A program made the position numbers and the translations under genes. Of a stretch of 64,000 nucleotides of DNA, positions 50,835 through 60,724 are shown one piece after another. Under the pieces are notes generated by a model. It was not told the origin of the DNA. It ran no database searches and saw only the letters and a program-made list of their open reading frames with translations. Location of the stretch: IMG/VR virus record IMGVR_UViG_2751185671_000004, positions 32,001 to 96,000 of that record, one strand, 5' to 3'. This DNA is from a virus. Taxonomy: Duplodnaviria > Caudoviricetes. How positions within the stretch are numbered: position 1 is the first letter of the stretch; each line of letters opens with the position of its first letter.

Positions 50835-50949
50835 TGCGAACCTAAGTTAAAAATGCGAACCGCGAAGTGCGAACCACTTAACAACATCTATCGCTAGCGA
50901 AATTCGGCGGTCTTGCCGCCCGCATGGCGTCCATTTCTACCAAGTACCT
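50835..50949 (-). other. Lambda-like cos packaging site (cosQ/cosN/cosB-like)
   Basis: Minus strand: AGGTACT (cf. lambda cosQ GGGTCCT), GGGCGGCAAGAC (cf. GGGCGGCGACCT), CGCCGAATTTCGCTA (cf. CGCGGGTTTTCGCTA), then three GGTTCGCA repeats. Confidence 0.7.
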
Positions 50950-51150
50950 TTTTGATATTTTTCGAAGGATATCGCAGACGTTCGGCGAAGTTTGTTTAAG
51001 TGTTATGAGCTGGTTTACAAATAAGACTGTGGTAATTAATAAAAGTTTCAATCAAATTAATTTTTTTCAAAACTAATATTAATTTAAGAAAATAGTAAAT
51101 AAATTACTGTAAAAAATAACGCGAGAAAAATATTCCACTAAACACAAATG

Positions 51151-51249
51151 TTACATATGTTTAATCCCATCGTAAATAATAAATCCCGCTCCTCCAATCA
51201 CTGCGATAAAGAATAAAATTAATAACGTGAAAAATGTTTGTTTAATCAT
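51151..51249 (-). CDS. Small single-TM peptide (32 aa)
   Basis: Read manually: MIKQTFFTLLILFFIAVIGGAGFIIYDGIKHM*; RBS weak. Confidence 0.35.
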   Translation of the reverse strand: MIKQTFFTLLILFFIAVIGGAGFIIYDGIKHM

Positions 51250-51600
51250 GAGGAAGATCTCTGTGTGTAATTAACACCGTAAGTCCGAGTGTATAACGCC
51301 GCTGAAGCCTGGAAAGTGCCAGTATAACGGGGGTTCAATAATTTAATCGACTTGACCTAGGTTACCCTACTGCTTAGGTTATTAAAAATCTACAACCCTG
51401 TTGTATGAGCAGGTTACAAAGCAATGCTAACGAGCGTCATGCAGAGAAGCTTTTTCCTGCTAAATCACTAGGATGTTGTCATGCTGGCCTTAAACTCTAT
51501 GATATAACGTCGCTGACGCTTCAAAAGTGCGACTACAAGAGGTATTCAACGATTAACCCCTATCGACCTAAGCTACCCTACTGCTTAAGCGGCCAAAATG

Positions 51601-51960
51601 CTAAACCCCCGTTATTTGCGCAGGTTTTTGGGTAATCTCAATGATAGGGATATCAGAATTATTTTTCGTCTTAGGATACTTCCCAAAACGGTAATGCCAT
51701 AACGTACATTTCGTCGCTGGACATAATCGCGCTTCATGGGCTGATTTAGCACAGTCAAGGCATTCAGCACGAATGGCCTTAAGCGGTGAACGATAGCCTT
51801 CGGGTTTTTCTTTCCCATAAAATATATTCTTACCCATGCGATAGGTGTGTAACGGGCAGGAATTAAATTCACAATGTTTTACCTGAGTACGAGTTTCCGC
51901 ACAATCCAAGCATTTTTGTCGAATTGTTTTGATCGGTGATTTTCTAGCGGTAGTTTCCAT
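51601..51960 (-). CDS. Cys-rich protein with an internally duplicated Zn-binding-like unit
   Basis: Two copies of SP.K.IR..CLDC.......C....C.L..YR.GK. Confidence 0.7.
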   Translation of the reverse strand: METTARKSPIKTIRQKCLDCAETRTQVKHCEFNSCPLHTYRMGKNIFYGKEKPEGYRSPLKAIRAECLDCAKSAHEARLCPATKCTLWHYRFGKYPKTKNNSDIPIIEITQKPAQITGV

Positions 51961-52120
51961 AACTTTTCTCAGGCATAAAAAAACCGCAGCGATAGTATCA
52001 ACTGCGGTTTAATAATTTGTTAAATAAATATTTCGAGCGGTGCTTGCTGGTTCTTGTCTCAGGATAGGGCAAACTATACGCCCAAACGTCAAATTTGTCC
52101 CACCCGTTTTTTAAGACTTC

Positions 52121-52531
52121 TTACCAGGAGTTACCGCGACTTACCGGTACTTCTAAATTATCACTAATAGTCCTAAGCGCTTCATTCCAATACCGCTGTG
52201 CCGTTGTTTTCGGATAGCCCACCTCTCGTGCAATGGATCGCCACGACATACGCTGCGCCCTAAGCCAAATTAATTTACGCCGCTCTGGCTTATCGACTAA
52301 CGTAATCCAAGACAAGGTTTCTTCAGCGCGATCAATGGCATCGGGGAGTGGTTGTAATATCGTGTGTGTTTTAGTTTTTTCCATCCGAGCAATTTCACGT
52401 GGGGTGTATTTAATTTCAGGCCAATAATTTCTATGGCCTAATGATATATTTCCTGGTAACTTGCTTAACACGCTAACACACTCCTCAAAACGCTGTGCTA
52501 CGGTTTTATTATCCCAGCTACGCCGATGCAT
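52121..52531 (-). CDS. DUF6362-like HTH regulator (possible late regulator)
   Basis: 'AIDRAEETLSWI...RKLIWLRA..MSWRSIAREVG....TAQRYW'. Confidence 0.75.
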   Translation of the reverse strand: MHRRSWDNKTVAQRFEECVSVLSKLPGNISLGHRNYWPEIKYTPREIARMEKTKTHTILQPLPDAIDRAEETLSWITLVDKPERRKLIWLRAQRMSWRSIAREVGYPKTTAQRYWNEALRTISDNLEVPVSRGNSW

Positions 52532-53001
52532 TAGTGTCTCCCTGTTTGTTGATCCTGCGCCCACATGAGCAGTCCTAGCGCATCTGCCTCGTTATCGTCA
52601 GCAGGTTCATAGCCTAAATTTTTAATATGTTTAATCATTTCGCTTTTGCTCGCATTACCTTTGCCTGTGATATGTTTTTTAATTGTCCCAACAGGCACAC
52701 CTTGGTAAGGAATATTTTCCTGCTCACCAAACGCGGTAAGTGTTGCTAAGAATCCGCCATACACATGCGCTGCGTCTGTCCCTATGTGCCGCCTCACCTC
52801 CTCGAAATAAATCACGTCTATGCCATCGATGGATGTATGTAAATCTCGTAGCCAAGCATTAAATTTTAAAAATCGCATCCCACCCCCGTCGTAACGACTA
52901 TGCTTGAAATTAGCCGTGCCGCTGATAATACATTCCTTCGACTGTGCCGCCCATCCAGTCGTTGTGCCGAGATCCAGTGATAATACGTTTAAATTATCCA
53001 T
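52531..53001 (-). CDS. RuvC-like Holliday junction resolvase
   Basis: 'LSLDLGTTTGWA', 'FEEVRRH', 'TGKGNASK', 'DDNEADA'. Confidence 0.85.
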   Translation of the reverse strand: MDNLNVLSLDLGTTTGWAAQSKECIISGTANFKHSRYDGGGMRFLKFNAWLRDLHTSIDGIDVIYFEEVRRHIGTDAAHVYGGFLATLTAFGEQENIPYQGVPVGTIKKHITGKGNASKSEMIKHIKNLGYEPADDNEADALGLLMWAQDQQTGRH

Positions 53002-53282
53002 TATTTTTTTCTCCATGATGATTTATATCGACTAGGATTAACTCGTTTTCCTGGTGCGGTATGTTTTTTACATCGACGGTTAAATGATTTAATTTTTAAT
53101 GGTGTGGTTGTTTCAAAGGGTGTTTTGCATTTCGCACAAGGTGTTTCCCACACTAGCAAAAAAGTTTTTTCTCCATTACGCACTTTTCTGTAAGGTTTTA
53201 TATGTTTCAGTCGATAAGATTGGTTATCGTAAATCAACAATGTCCCTAGATTAGGGGTTGTTTTAAACTCATGTATCGTCAT
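53001..53282 (-). CDS. Hypothetical protein with CxxC
   Basis: GGAG RBS; 'WETPCAKCKTPF...RRCKKH'. Confidence 0.6.
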   Translation of the reverse strand: MTIHEFKTTPNLGTLLIYDNQSYRLKHIKPYRKVRNGEKTFLLVWETPCAKCKTPFETTTPLKIKSFNRRCKKHTAPGKRVNPSRYKSSWRKK

Positions 53283-53321
53283 CAGATCTCCATCATGAAA
53301 AGAATACCCCTATTTCAAGTA

Positions 53322-53371
53322 AGTTAGTAATACAAGTGTAACGTAGTATTACTAACTATACTTTAAGTATA
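53322..53371. repeat. Inverted repeats downstream of the primase gene; possible replication origin
   Basis: AGTTAGTAATAC-12 nt-GTATTACTAACT, abutting TATACTT-T-AAGTATA, in an AT-rich gap. Confidence 0.45.
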
Positions 53372-53574
53372 GGGGGCTGTGTAGTTATCTAAAAAAAGTA
53401 GCTAAAGTCACGTAGCACTAAGGCTAACGACCAGTTTGTAAGGTAAATTTTTCTGTTAGAATGAAAGGCACTATATTTTATTTACAAGCCACTGATTTTA
53501 TTAAAAAAATATGTAAGCAATAGAATACAGAGCGTAAATGTAATCTTCAAAATGCAACACATTTTTGTGTATCT

Positions 53575-55761
53575 TTATTCATCATTTTCTGTATCGCTAT
53601 ATACCCATACATCAGGATTTTCGACGGGTAAGACTGACCCTGATTGGGCGCATTTATAGTGTGTTGGTTTGACTCTTTTATAAATAGTTTTTGTGTCTCC
53701 GGTATCATCATCAATAATATTTTTACTGGGTAGTCTCATATCCTCCACACACGCATAGCCGAACTTACTACGCGCCGCTTTAGGTAAATCATAATCATCT
53801 GTATTTTTAAAGAATTTAATCCAACCTTTAGTTGCATTAACATTTATGCGTTCAACAATAGTTCTATTGCCCCCTAAACCCTCAGTGCCTTCGAATTTTT
53901 CGGCAAATTGAGCAATGGTATACACTCGACCTTCTAGTGATTCGTCATAAATAAGCTGTATAATTTGATCTCGTTTTCTTATACGTTCAGCATCAAGTTT
54001 CTCTCCATGTTTTTGATTAACTAGACGTTCACTTTCAGGATCTACCTCTACCCATTGCCCATTTTTCTTATCGATGTATTTGTCTTTAATCCCTATACCA
54101 TTACGTAATTCAAAGGTAAGTTTTCGTATCGCTTTATTTTCCTCTGGTTTATATAACAATGCTCCTGTGGTGTAGTAACTACGTAAACTGCTCGCGCCAG
54201 AAAAAGATAAGAAGGGGTCTTCGATTAATTGCCGCTTCTGTATTTTTTTTGTGTGATGCACAATAACAATGCCAGCATTAGGATTAATTTCATCACGTAA
54301 TCTTTCGACACGCTCCTTTAAAAAATACATCATAGTGTTGTTATCATTTTCACCTGCGCCCTCTTCACCCCCATCAAAAACATTACGTAAGGGATCGATC
54401 ACAATAACGTCGATAGGTTCCTTCTCAGAGGCTTTTCGCATCAGATTTTTTACGGTACTGTAGCCCTCGTTATTTAAAATAAGGTTTAACCGAGGGGTAA
54501 TAAATAAATTATCGGACGCACGCCAGAGCATGAGTTCCTTCATATTCATACTTCTAATACGGTCACGCAAATAGTAATACTGCACTTCAGCTTGCAAATA
54601 AAATATACGTAATCGTTTTGTTGGCTTCAGTCCTATAAAAGGCTCACCTGCAGCCATATGCATGAGCAATGATAAAATAAAGTCCGATTTACCCACCTTA
54701 GGGGCACCCCCTAACACCATCATACCACCGGGGGTGAGTACGCGAGGCTCAATTAAATCATCTGGCGTAGGCGTTTCATCCGCAAGTATTTCACTTACCG
54801 TATATGCACGTGTAGGTGCAGGCACATCAATCGTTATCTTAGGTGTGTTTTTAATAAACTCGTTAACGTCGACACCGTCATCAATAGCGTCTGCCACATC
54901 CCACTTTTCCGGTTTATCTTTAGGGATGTCCAAAATACTCACTGAAAGCGCCCCTACAGCGGCGATAGCCCGTGCCGCATTGTTAGCATAGGTGCGTCCT
55001 GGTTCGTCGTTATCAGGCCATATCATCACGTGTTTGCCTTGAAGCGGCGACCAATCTGTTTTATCTACCAGTGTATTAGCACCTCCCATGGCTGTTGTTG
55101 CAATATTACCGGTAGCGGATAAGGCATCCGCGCACTTTTCACCTTCAACAAAAATAACGTAGTCGTTAATTGCGATCGCGGGCTGTTGATACAGTGGTCT
55201 TGGGTTTGGTGCCTGTTGTTTCCGGGCTTTTACATCCCAAGGTCTAAACTCCTTCCCGCCAGGAGGATCATAGCGGTACACACAAGCAATTAAATTACCC
55301 TCACTATCATGGTAATTCCATTTCGCTGTTACTGGACCTAAGTCATCCATTGGGGGTGCTTTTTTTCTTTTCGGTGTTGATGAAGAGGACGTCGGTGCTG
55401 TCCCCAACCACTGTGACATGGATTCAATGACACGTGAAAAATCCCGACGAATATCAAAGCCTTTATGATGCGCCCATAAATCAAAAATATCACCACTCTC
55501 ACCCGTCGCAAAATCATGCCATACGCCTGCTTTACTTCCGTGCAGCTCGATCACAAGACTTTTACCTTTATTACCGTCAATATCTCCCACAATAAATTGT
55601 TTTTGTTTCTCTTTGCCTTCAGGGAATAAATAGTTCAACACATGAGGCAATTGATCCAGTAAACGTGACTTGACCTCATGAGTTGAGAGTTGTGCCTCTT
55701 GCTCATCCGGATCGATTTGGTCATTCGCCGAACTAAAATCTAAAAAGTTATTAATGGTCAT
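53575..55761 (-). CDS. Primase-helicase (Toprim + AAA_25/RepA-like)
   Basis: 'VEGEKCADAL', 'WPDNDEPG', Walker A 'GAPKVGKS', 'IVIDP', 'HHTKK'. Confidence 0.9.
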   Translation of the reverse strand: MTINNFLDFSSANDQIDPDEQEAQLSTHEVKSRLLDQLPHVLNYLFPEGKEKQKQFIVGDIDGNKGKSLVIELHGSKAGVWHDFATGESGDIFDLWAHHKGFDIRRDFSRVIESMSQWLGTAPTSSSSTPKRKKAPPMDDLGPVTAKWNYHDSEGNLIACVYRYDPPGGKEFRPWDVKARKQQAPNPRPLYQQPAIAINDYVIFVEGEKCADALSATGNIATTAMGGANTLVDKTDWSPLQGKHVMIWPDNDEPGRTYANNAARAIAAVGALSVSILDIPKDKPEKWDVADAIDDGVDVNEFIKNTPKITIDVPAPTRAYTVSEILADETPTPDDLIEPRVLTPGGMMVLGGAPKVGKSDFILSLLMHMAAGEPFIGLKPTKRLRIFYLQAEVQYYYLRDRIRSMNMKELMLWRASDNLFITPRLNLILNNEGYSTVKNLMRKASEKEPIDVIVIDPLRNVFDGGEEGAGENDNNTMMYFLKERVERLRDEINPNAGIVIVHHTKKIQKRQLIEDPFLSFSGASSLRSYYTTGALLYKPEENKAIRKLTFELRNGIGIKDKYIDKKNGQWVEVDPESERLVNQKHGEKLDAERIRKRDQIIQLIYDESLEGRVYTIAQFAEKFEGTEGLGGNRTIVERINVNATKGWIKFFKNTDDYDLPKAARSKFGYACVEDMRLPSKNIIDDDTGDTKTIYKRVKPTHYKCAQSGSVLPVENPDVWVYSDTENDE

Positions 55762-55789
55762 AATAAAATGTGTGCTCCTTAAATCGTAT

Positions 55790-56134
55790 TTAGAATGGGA
55801 TATCGTCAGAATATAAATTCTGTAATCGTGTTGTGTAGGTGTGAATAATCGTGTGTATCAGTCCGTGTATTTCCTCTTTGGTATAGTCGAATAACGCTTT
55901 CTCAGAGCCGACGTTACAGACATAGGTAGCGAGTGGATTAATAACGGCTTCTCTTGCTATTTTTTCAAATTCGTTTTTTTCACTTTCTGTCACGATGATG
56001 CCTTGTGTAAAGTAGTGGTAATGAATATCTTGGCAACGCTTTGAGCAAAAACGCTGCCTCTTTAATGCTTTATTTGGATCTCGCCAGCCAAATCCACGTG
56101 ATCGGGCGCAGCAAATAGCACAGCAATAGGACAA
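55790..56134 (-). CDS. DUF6511-like protein
   Basis: 'CAIC.ARSRGFGW', 'FCSKRCQ', C-terminal DDIPF. Confidence 0.7.
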   Translation of the reverse strand: MSYCCAICCARSRGFGWRDPNKALKRQRFCSKRCQDIHYHYFTQGIIVTESEKNEFEKIAREAVINPLATYVCNVGSEKALFDYTKEEIHGLIHTIIHTYTTRLQNLYSDDIPF

Positions 56135-58618
56135 CTACGCCACCTGCTCTTTTTGCTTAGCGGCAGTAAAAATAATGCGTTGAATATCGTTTTTATTAAA
56201 ATTAAACGCAATTAAACAACTAGCGTGATAACGCGTTAAACTAAAGTTATAGGTGTATGTTGTTGGTAAATACTTAAGCTGTTGTGGTGTCGCGGTTTCA
56301 TTGAGCCATTGACGCGATTTTTCGGCACCCCCTTCGGTTTCGTTAAGATTGAGCCAGTCATCACACGCAGCGATACATAACGTTCTCTCGCCAACGGACA
56401 GCAGTCGTGTGTGTTGTTGTCGAGCACCCGCTACCGCATACCAATGGCCATATAAATAAAAGGCGCCTGCCCACGCAGCAAACCCTGTGGCCATCATGGC
56501 TGTACTATCGTGGTAAAGATCCACCCATTTAAAACTAGAGCGTGAAAGTAAGTCGACCTCTGTCATGACAAAGTCACTGAGTTCAGCACGGCTATCATTA
56601 GCGGCGGCAGTATTGTCAACAGGAACACTGAAGGAATAACCACATAAGGGACACAGTCGACACCCTGCGGGTATAGCAGCATCACATTCAGGACACGACT
56701 TTTGAGGGGCATCCTCACCCACCCCCTCTCCTTCTAGATTAACGTCTTGTTCAAGCTTGCCGTGAATAAGCGAGCTAGTTCCAAAGTCCAAGATAATACA
56801 ATCTGTTTTGATAATGTTAGGATGCTCATTCGGATCGACCGTGCGGAGTCCTCGCCCCACCATTTGAATCATGGTGCCTTGATAACTGTTCGGACGTAAT
56901 AGCACCACACAACTGGTGGGGGTGTAGTCATAGCCTTCGGTTAAGACATCCACATTAACAACCACTTGAGATTCCCCTGACTCGTAGCGTTCGAGCCTTT
57001 CTTTGCGTTCTTCTTTGGTTAAGCCTCCATAAATAACTTCTGTATTAATCCCGCCTTTTTGAAACGTTGACGCCACATTCTTAGCATGACTGACCGTGGA
57101 ACAAAAAATAATTGTGGGCCGGTCTGACGCTTTTTCTTTCCAATGCTTTAGAACAGACTCATTAATTAATGTTTTATTCATGATGGCGTTAACGGCATTC
57201 ATATCGAAGTCATTGGCCGTTTTTTTCACTTGCGATAACTCACCTTGCGTACCCACATCAATCACATAGGTCACAGGTTTAACAAGATGGCCTGCTTGAA
57301 TTAATTCACCTAGCGTGATTTGATCGGCAACATTGGAAAAGGTATCCACCAACCCTTTTTTATCACCACGATTGGGGGTGGCGGTGACACCATATAAAGC
57401 AAGATCGGGATTCTTCGCTCGCGCCGCATCAATGATTTTTTGATAGCTGTCTGCTGCCGCATGATGAGCCTCATCGATGACCAATAAATCTAACGCGGGT
57501 ATTTGCAGTAAATTATTTTCTCGTGAGAGTGTTTGCACCATCGCGAAAGTGGTATCACCTTGCCAGGATTTTTCGTTCGCATCAAATACAGAGGTTGTGA
57601 GCGTCGGATTAACACGTAAAAATTTAGCCTTGTTTTGTTGTGTTAATTCGTCGCGGTGCGCCAACACACAGGCTTTAGCCCCTTGATTTTTTCTAGCCCA
57701 TTGTCCTACCAGTCCCGATAACATAATTGTCTTACCGCTATTGTGTGTGACAGTGAAATCTCCCATCACATACAAGTGATCCTGGTCGACCGAAAAACCA
57801 TAGTAGTCGCCTAACCCCACTTCATGCACGGTAAAGCCTGTATGTAAGACATTCTCCTCGTGAGCACTGTCGGCTATCGTCAAGCTATAGTAGGGTATTC
57901 CATTGACCGTTTTAGATGTAGACGATGGATATAGCCCTAAGCTACGGGAAATAAAAGTCACGTCATCCGCAAGCTGTTTTGATGGGGTAGAAAACGCACG
58001 GCAGCTTTTAACAGGGTTGCTATCAGAATCAATTAACCCTTCTAGGATAGCCCCACGTGTTTCTCGTGATCCTACTTTATAATGATGAGGAATCGGCGGC
58101 GGACAATGCATTAAGTGTTTGTCACCTAACAATAACCCGAATAAATACGGATCGACAGAAGGTGCTTCTTGTTGAGGAAAATCAATTGCTGTTCGGTAAA
58201 GTTTGTGTATGCGTTTAAAGGTAGCACTTTGTTCCAGATAAGCGCTCACACTAATATTCACAATGCTGTCGGTGACATTATCCGCTCGTTTATTATCGGG
58301 GATAACGTTCCCAGTTTTGACTAACGAAAGAATATGATCCTTATTGACAGTAAACGGCTCGCCTTTTAATGGACGTATCTCATACATCCTATTGGTTCCC
58401 TGATATAAACGTTGGACATGCCGAGGGCGACTATCTGGCCCCATAAGGGTATCGCCCACCTGAATGTCTTCGACAGGTTTTAGTGTGCCGTCATACATTA
58501 ATAACAATGTGCCGGGTGCATGACATCCTGTAGGTGCCACACCTAGTGTATTTTTGTGTTTCTCGAGCGCAGCGAGGCTCCGCTCGACAAACGTGGTTTG
58601 TCGAGGTCTTAGTAACAT
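56135..58618 (-). CDS. SF2 DEAD/DEAH helicase containing an intein
   Basis: Walker A split as APTG/SGKT; DEAHH, TATP, QMVGRGLR motifs; C-terminal Zn ribbon. Confidence 0.93.
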   Translation of the reverse strand: MLLRPRQTTFVERSLAALEKHKNTLGVAPTGCHAPGTLLLMYDGTLKPVEDIQVGDTLMGPDSRPRHVQRLYQGTNRMYEIRPLKGEPFTVNKDHILSLVKTGNVIPDNKRADNVTDSIVNISVSAYLEQSATFKRIHKLYRTAIDFPQQEAPSVDPYLFGLLLGDKHLMHCPPPIPHHYKVGSRETRGAILEGLIDSDSNPVKSCRAFSTPSKQLADDVTFISRSLGLYPSSTSKTVNGIPYYSLTIADSAHEENVLHTGFTVHEVGLGDYYGFSVDQDHLYVMGDFTVTHNSGKTIMLSGLVGQWARKNQGAKACVLAHRDELTQQNKAKFLRVNPTLTTSVFDANEKSWQGDTTFAMVQTLSRENNLLQIPALDLLVIDEAHHAAADSYQKIIDAARAKNPDLALYGVTATPNRGDKKGLVDTFSNVADQITLGELIQAGHLVKPVTYVIDVGTQGELSQVKKTANDFDMNAVNAIMNKTLINESVLKHWKEKASDRPTIIFCSTVSHAKNVASTFQKGGINTEVIYGGLTKEERKERLERYESGESQVVVNVDVLTEGYDYTPTSCVVLLRPNSYQGTMIQMVGRGLRTVDPNEHPNIIKTDCIILDFGTSSLIHGKLEQDVNLEGEGVGEDAPQKSCPECDAAIPAGCRLCPLCGYSFSVPVDNTAAANDSRAELSDFVMTEVDLLSRSSFKWVDLYHDSTAMMATGFAAWAGAFYLYGHWYAVAGARQQHTRLLSVGERTLCIAACDDWLNLNETEGGAEKSRQWLNETATPQQLKYLPTTYTYNFSLTRYHASCLIAFNFNKNDIQRIIFTAAKQKEQVA
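57740..58525 (-). mobile_element. Intein (262 aa) with a degenerate LAGLIDADG domain
   Basis: Starts CHAPGT, block B 'NKDHILSL', ends 'YYGFSVD.DHLY...FTVTHN' followed by Ser; remnants 'PYLFGLLLGD' and 'LEGLIDSD'. Confidence 0.92.
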
Positions 58619-58645
58619 GATTAAAATCCGTCGTGTGTTAGGTGA

Positions 58646-59368
58646 TTAACCTGCCCAAGGAGGACGGCCTGTGGATGTTGTCGTCTTTTGCTGACTCATC
58701 ACTTGTGGCGGTACAGTAGTATGGTGTTGTGGTAGAGCGTTCGTGTACGATGACACGTGTTGTTGCTCCTGTAGTGTTTGCTGCTGACCATAACCTACGT
58801 GAGATGTATTCACCGGCATAGTATTGTGCTGAGGCATAGAGAAAGTAACTGGCACATTCCCCATGATTGAAGCATAGTGTTTATTCTCTGGCGTCACCGC
58901 AACATGAATAATATTGCGCGGCTCATTATTTTCATCTCCCTTATCAATACCAATTTTTGCCACAAACTCAAGGCCATCTAAGTCCGCAAGACCCGTAATG
59001 GAAAGTGCTTGCATCGCATGATTTGAGAAATCGTCTTTCTTTATTCCACGGGCAGAGCATAAGATCGCTTTCACAAAGGCGCGTCCCATCTGCGACCATT
59101 TTTCGCCTTTCCGACTATGCAACCCCACGAGTGACCATATTTTTCGGCGAGCGTATTCCCCTTCTAAAATAATAAATTCACAATTTAAATATACGGCTCC
59201 CGTATCTTCACTCTGTGTGGCATAGTCGCCCGTCCAGCCCATATCAGGATTATTATACCCCCCCGGTTTTATTGTCATTCTCACTTTCGCTAAGGTGCCT
59301 TTAGGAATAATGTCAAAATCCACTTGATCATCGGCATCATTAAAATTTGTCCAGTTGTTATTCATCAA
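58646..59368 (-). CDS. Phage ssDNA-binding-like protein (DUF669-like)
   Basis: 'IPKGT..KV...IKPGG', 'LEGEYARRKIW', Q/P-rich tail ending PPWAG. Confidence 0.7.
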   Translation of the reverse strand: MMNNNWTNFNDADDQVDFDIIPKGTLAKVRMTIKPGGYNNPDMGWTGDYATQSEDTGAVYLNCEFIILEGEYARRKIWSLVGLHSRKGEKWSQMGRAFVKAILCSARGIKKDDFSNHAMQALSITGLADLDGLEFVAKIGIDKGDENNEPRNIIHVAVTPENKHYASIMGNVPVTFSMPQHNTMPVNTSHVGYGQQQTLQEQQHVSSYTNALPQHHTTVPPQVMSQQKTTTSTGRPPWAG

Positions 59369-59389
59369 ATAATCTATTCCTTCAATAAA

Positions 59390-60283
59390 TTAGTGTGTGG
59401 TGTTGCGTGTATTTTTAGGTTGTAACGGTGGTTGAGTGTCTAGATGTGCAGGCGCTTTAAGACCGTAGTCAAGATGGTGAACCATCATGTCTGCAGGCCG
59501 TTTTATTTTTTCCATAAGACGACCTAAATGCGGCTCTTCAATGACATCTAATTTGCGACTTCTATCCTTCGCCGGATAACCAAAAGGGTTTAAGGTATGA
59601 TTGATAAAAGCACGATAGGGGGTGCCGTCTTCAGAAGGCAGGTCTGCCATAGTAATGACCTGATCGACAATCCCAGGCAATTCTAATCCGGTTTTAGACC
59701 CTTCGATTTGTGGCTCAAAAACGCGACGATTAAATTCATCCACCTTTTCATCGAGTATTCCCACGAACCAGACACTTTTATTACGTGTATGCTGTAAGTG
59801 CGTTAACCATGCAATCATCTCCTGGCCGTGTAATCCGTAAGCACCACGAGTATCGGGTTTACCAGTGCGCTCACTAAAGGCTTGCGGTTGACCTTTACAC
59901 CATTGAAAACATAAACGACCGGCAACAGTAATCGAGTCAATAAAAATAATATCGTAGGTATTTAATTGTTCCGGATGACCATACTTTTTACAGACCGCAT
60001 TAAAGTGCGCTTCACTATAGGATTGTTCGTCACGCAGCGCGTAATTAGGCCCACCAATAAACACAGCAAAGTCTCGACACTCTTGCCATGTCTTGGGCCT
60101 AAAGGCATCACCATTCCAATCCTCCACGGCAAGATCACCGGCTTCGATATCAAAAAATAATGTGGACGATGTCGGGAGCGTTAACAGTAAAGAAGTTTTA
60201 CCGATACCACTTTTACCAAAAATACAGCCTTTAACACCCCGGTGCTGTGATCGTCGTTGCTCTGCTGTAATAAGAGGAAACAT
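59390..60283 (-). CDS. AAA_24/Sak4-like ATPase
   Basis: Walker A 'GKSGIGKT', 'FIDSIT', 'PAKDRS'. Confidence 0.88.
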   Translation of the reverse strand: MFPLITAEQRRSQHRGVKGCIFGKSGIGKTSLLLTLPTSSTLFFDIEAGDLAVEDWNGDAFRPKTWQECRDFAVFIGGPNYALRDEQSYSEAHFNAVCKKYGHPEQLNTYDIIFIDSITVAGRLCFQWCKGQPQAFSERTGKPDTRGAYGLHGQEMIAWLTHLQHTRNKSVWFVGILDEKVDEFNRRVFEPQIEGSKTGLELPGIVDQVITMADLPSEDGTPYRAFINHTLNPFGYPAKDRSRKLDVIEEPHLGRLMEKIKRPADMMVHHLDYGLKAPAHLDTQPPLQPKNTRNTTH

Positions 60284-60495
60284 TAAGCATGCACCTCCTG
60301 AGCTTTTTCACCGGTGCTTTTACGCAAAGACTGTGCTTCATACGCGATAATATCTTCCTCGCGATATACCACACGGTTATGTAATTTTAAAAAGGCAGGG
60401 CCAATCCCTTTTGATCGCCAATTCGCGATCGTGCTTTCACTTAAATTCCAACGAAGGGCAAGTTGTTCTTGATTAAGATGTGAGGCTAACGTCAT
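60283..60495 (-). CDS. Excisionase/AlpA-like HTH protein
   Basis: 'LNQEQLALRWNLSESTIANWRSKGIGPAFLKL..RVVYR'. Confidence 0.88.
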   Translation of the reverse strand: MTLASHLNQEQLALRWNLSESTIANWRSKGIGPAFLKLHNRVVYREEDIIAYEAQSLRKSTGEKAQEVHA

Positions 60496-60535
60496 AAAAT
60501 CTCCTACAGTATTCAGGAGGTATTATGAAGAAGCG

Positions 60536-60637
60536 TTTGTACTGGCGTCTAGTGGGCTTTGTACTGCAATTTGTACTGTAATTTGTACTGCGGCGATTTT
60601 TTTTGAAAAAAGTCGTATAAATATATTGTATACGACT
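60536..60637. promoter_or_regulatory. Operator-like repeats upstream of the replication operon
   Basis: TTTGTACTG four times (last three at a 12-bp period) plus the inverted repeat AGTCGTATA-N9-TATACGACT at 60611-60637. Confidence 0.6.
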
Positions 60638-60724
60638 ATTAATTGCACAAAATTAAATGGTGATAATATTACTTAACATTAGCTCCGGGTGAAAATTATC
60701 GTAGTCATAAGAGCCAGTTTTTAT

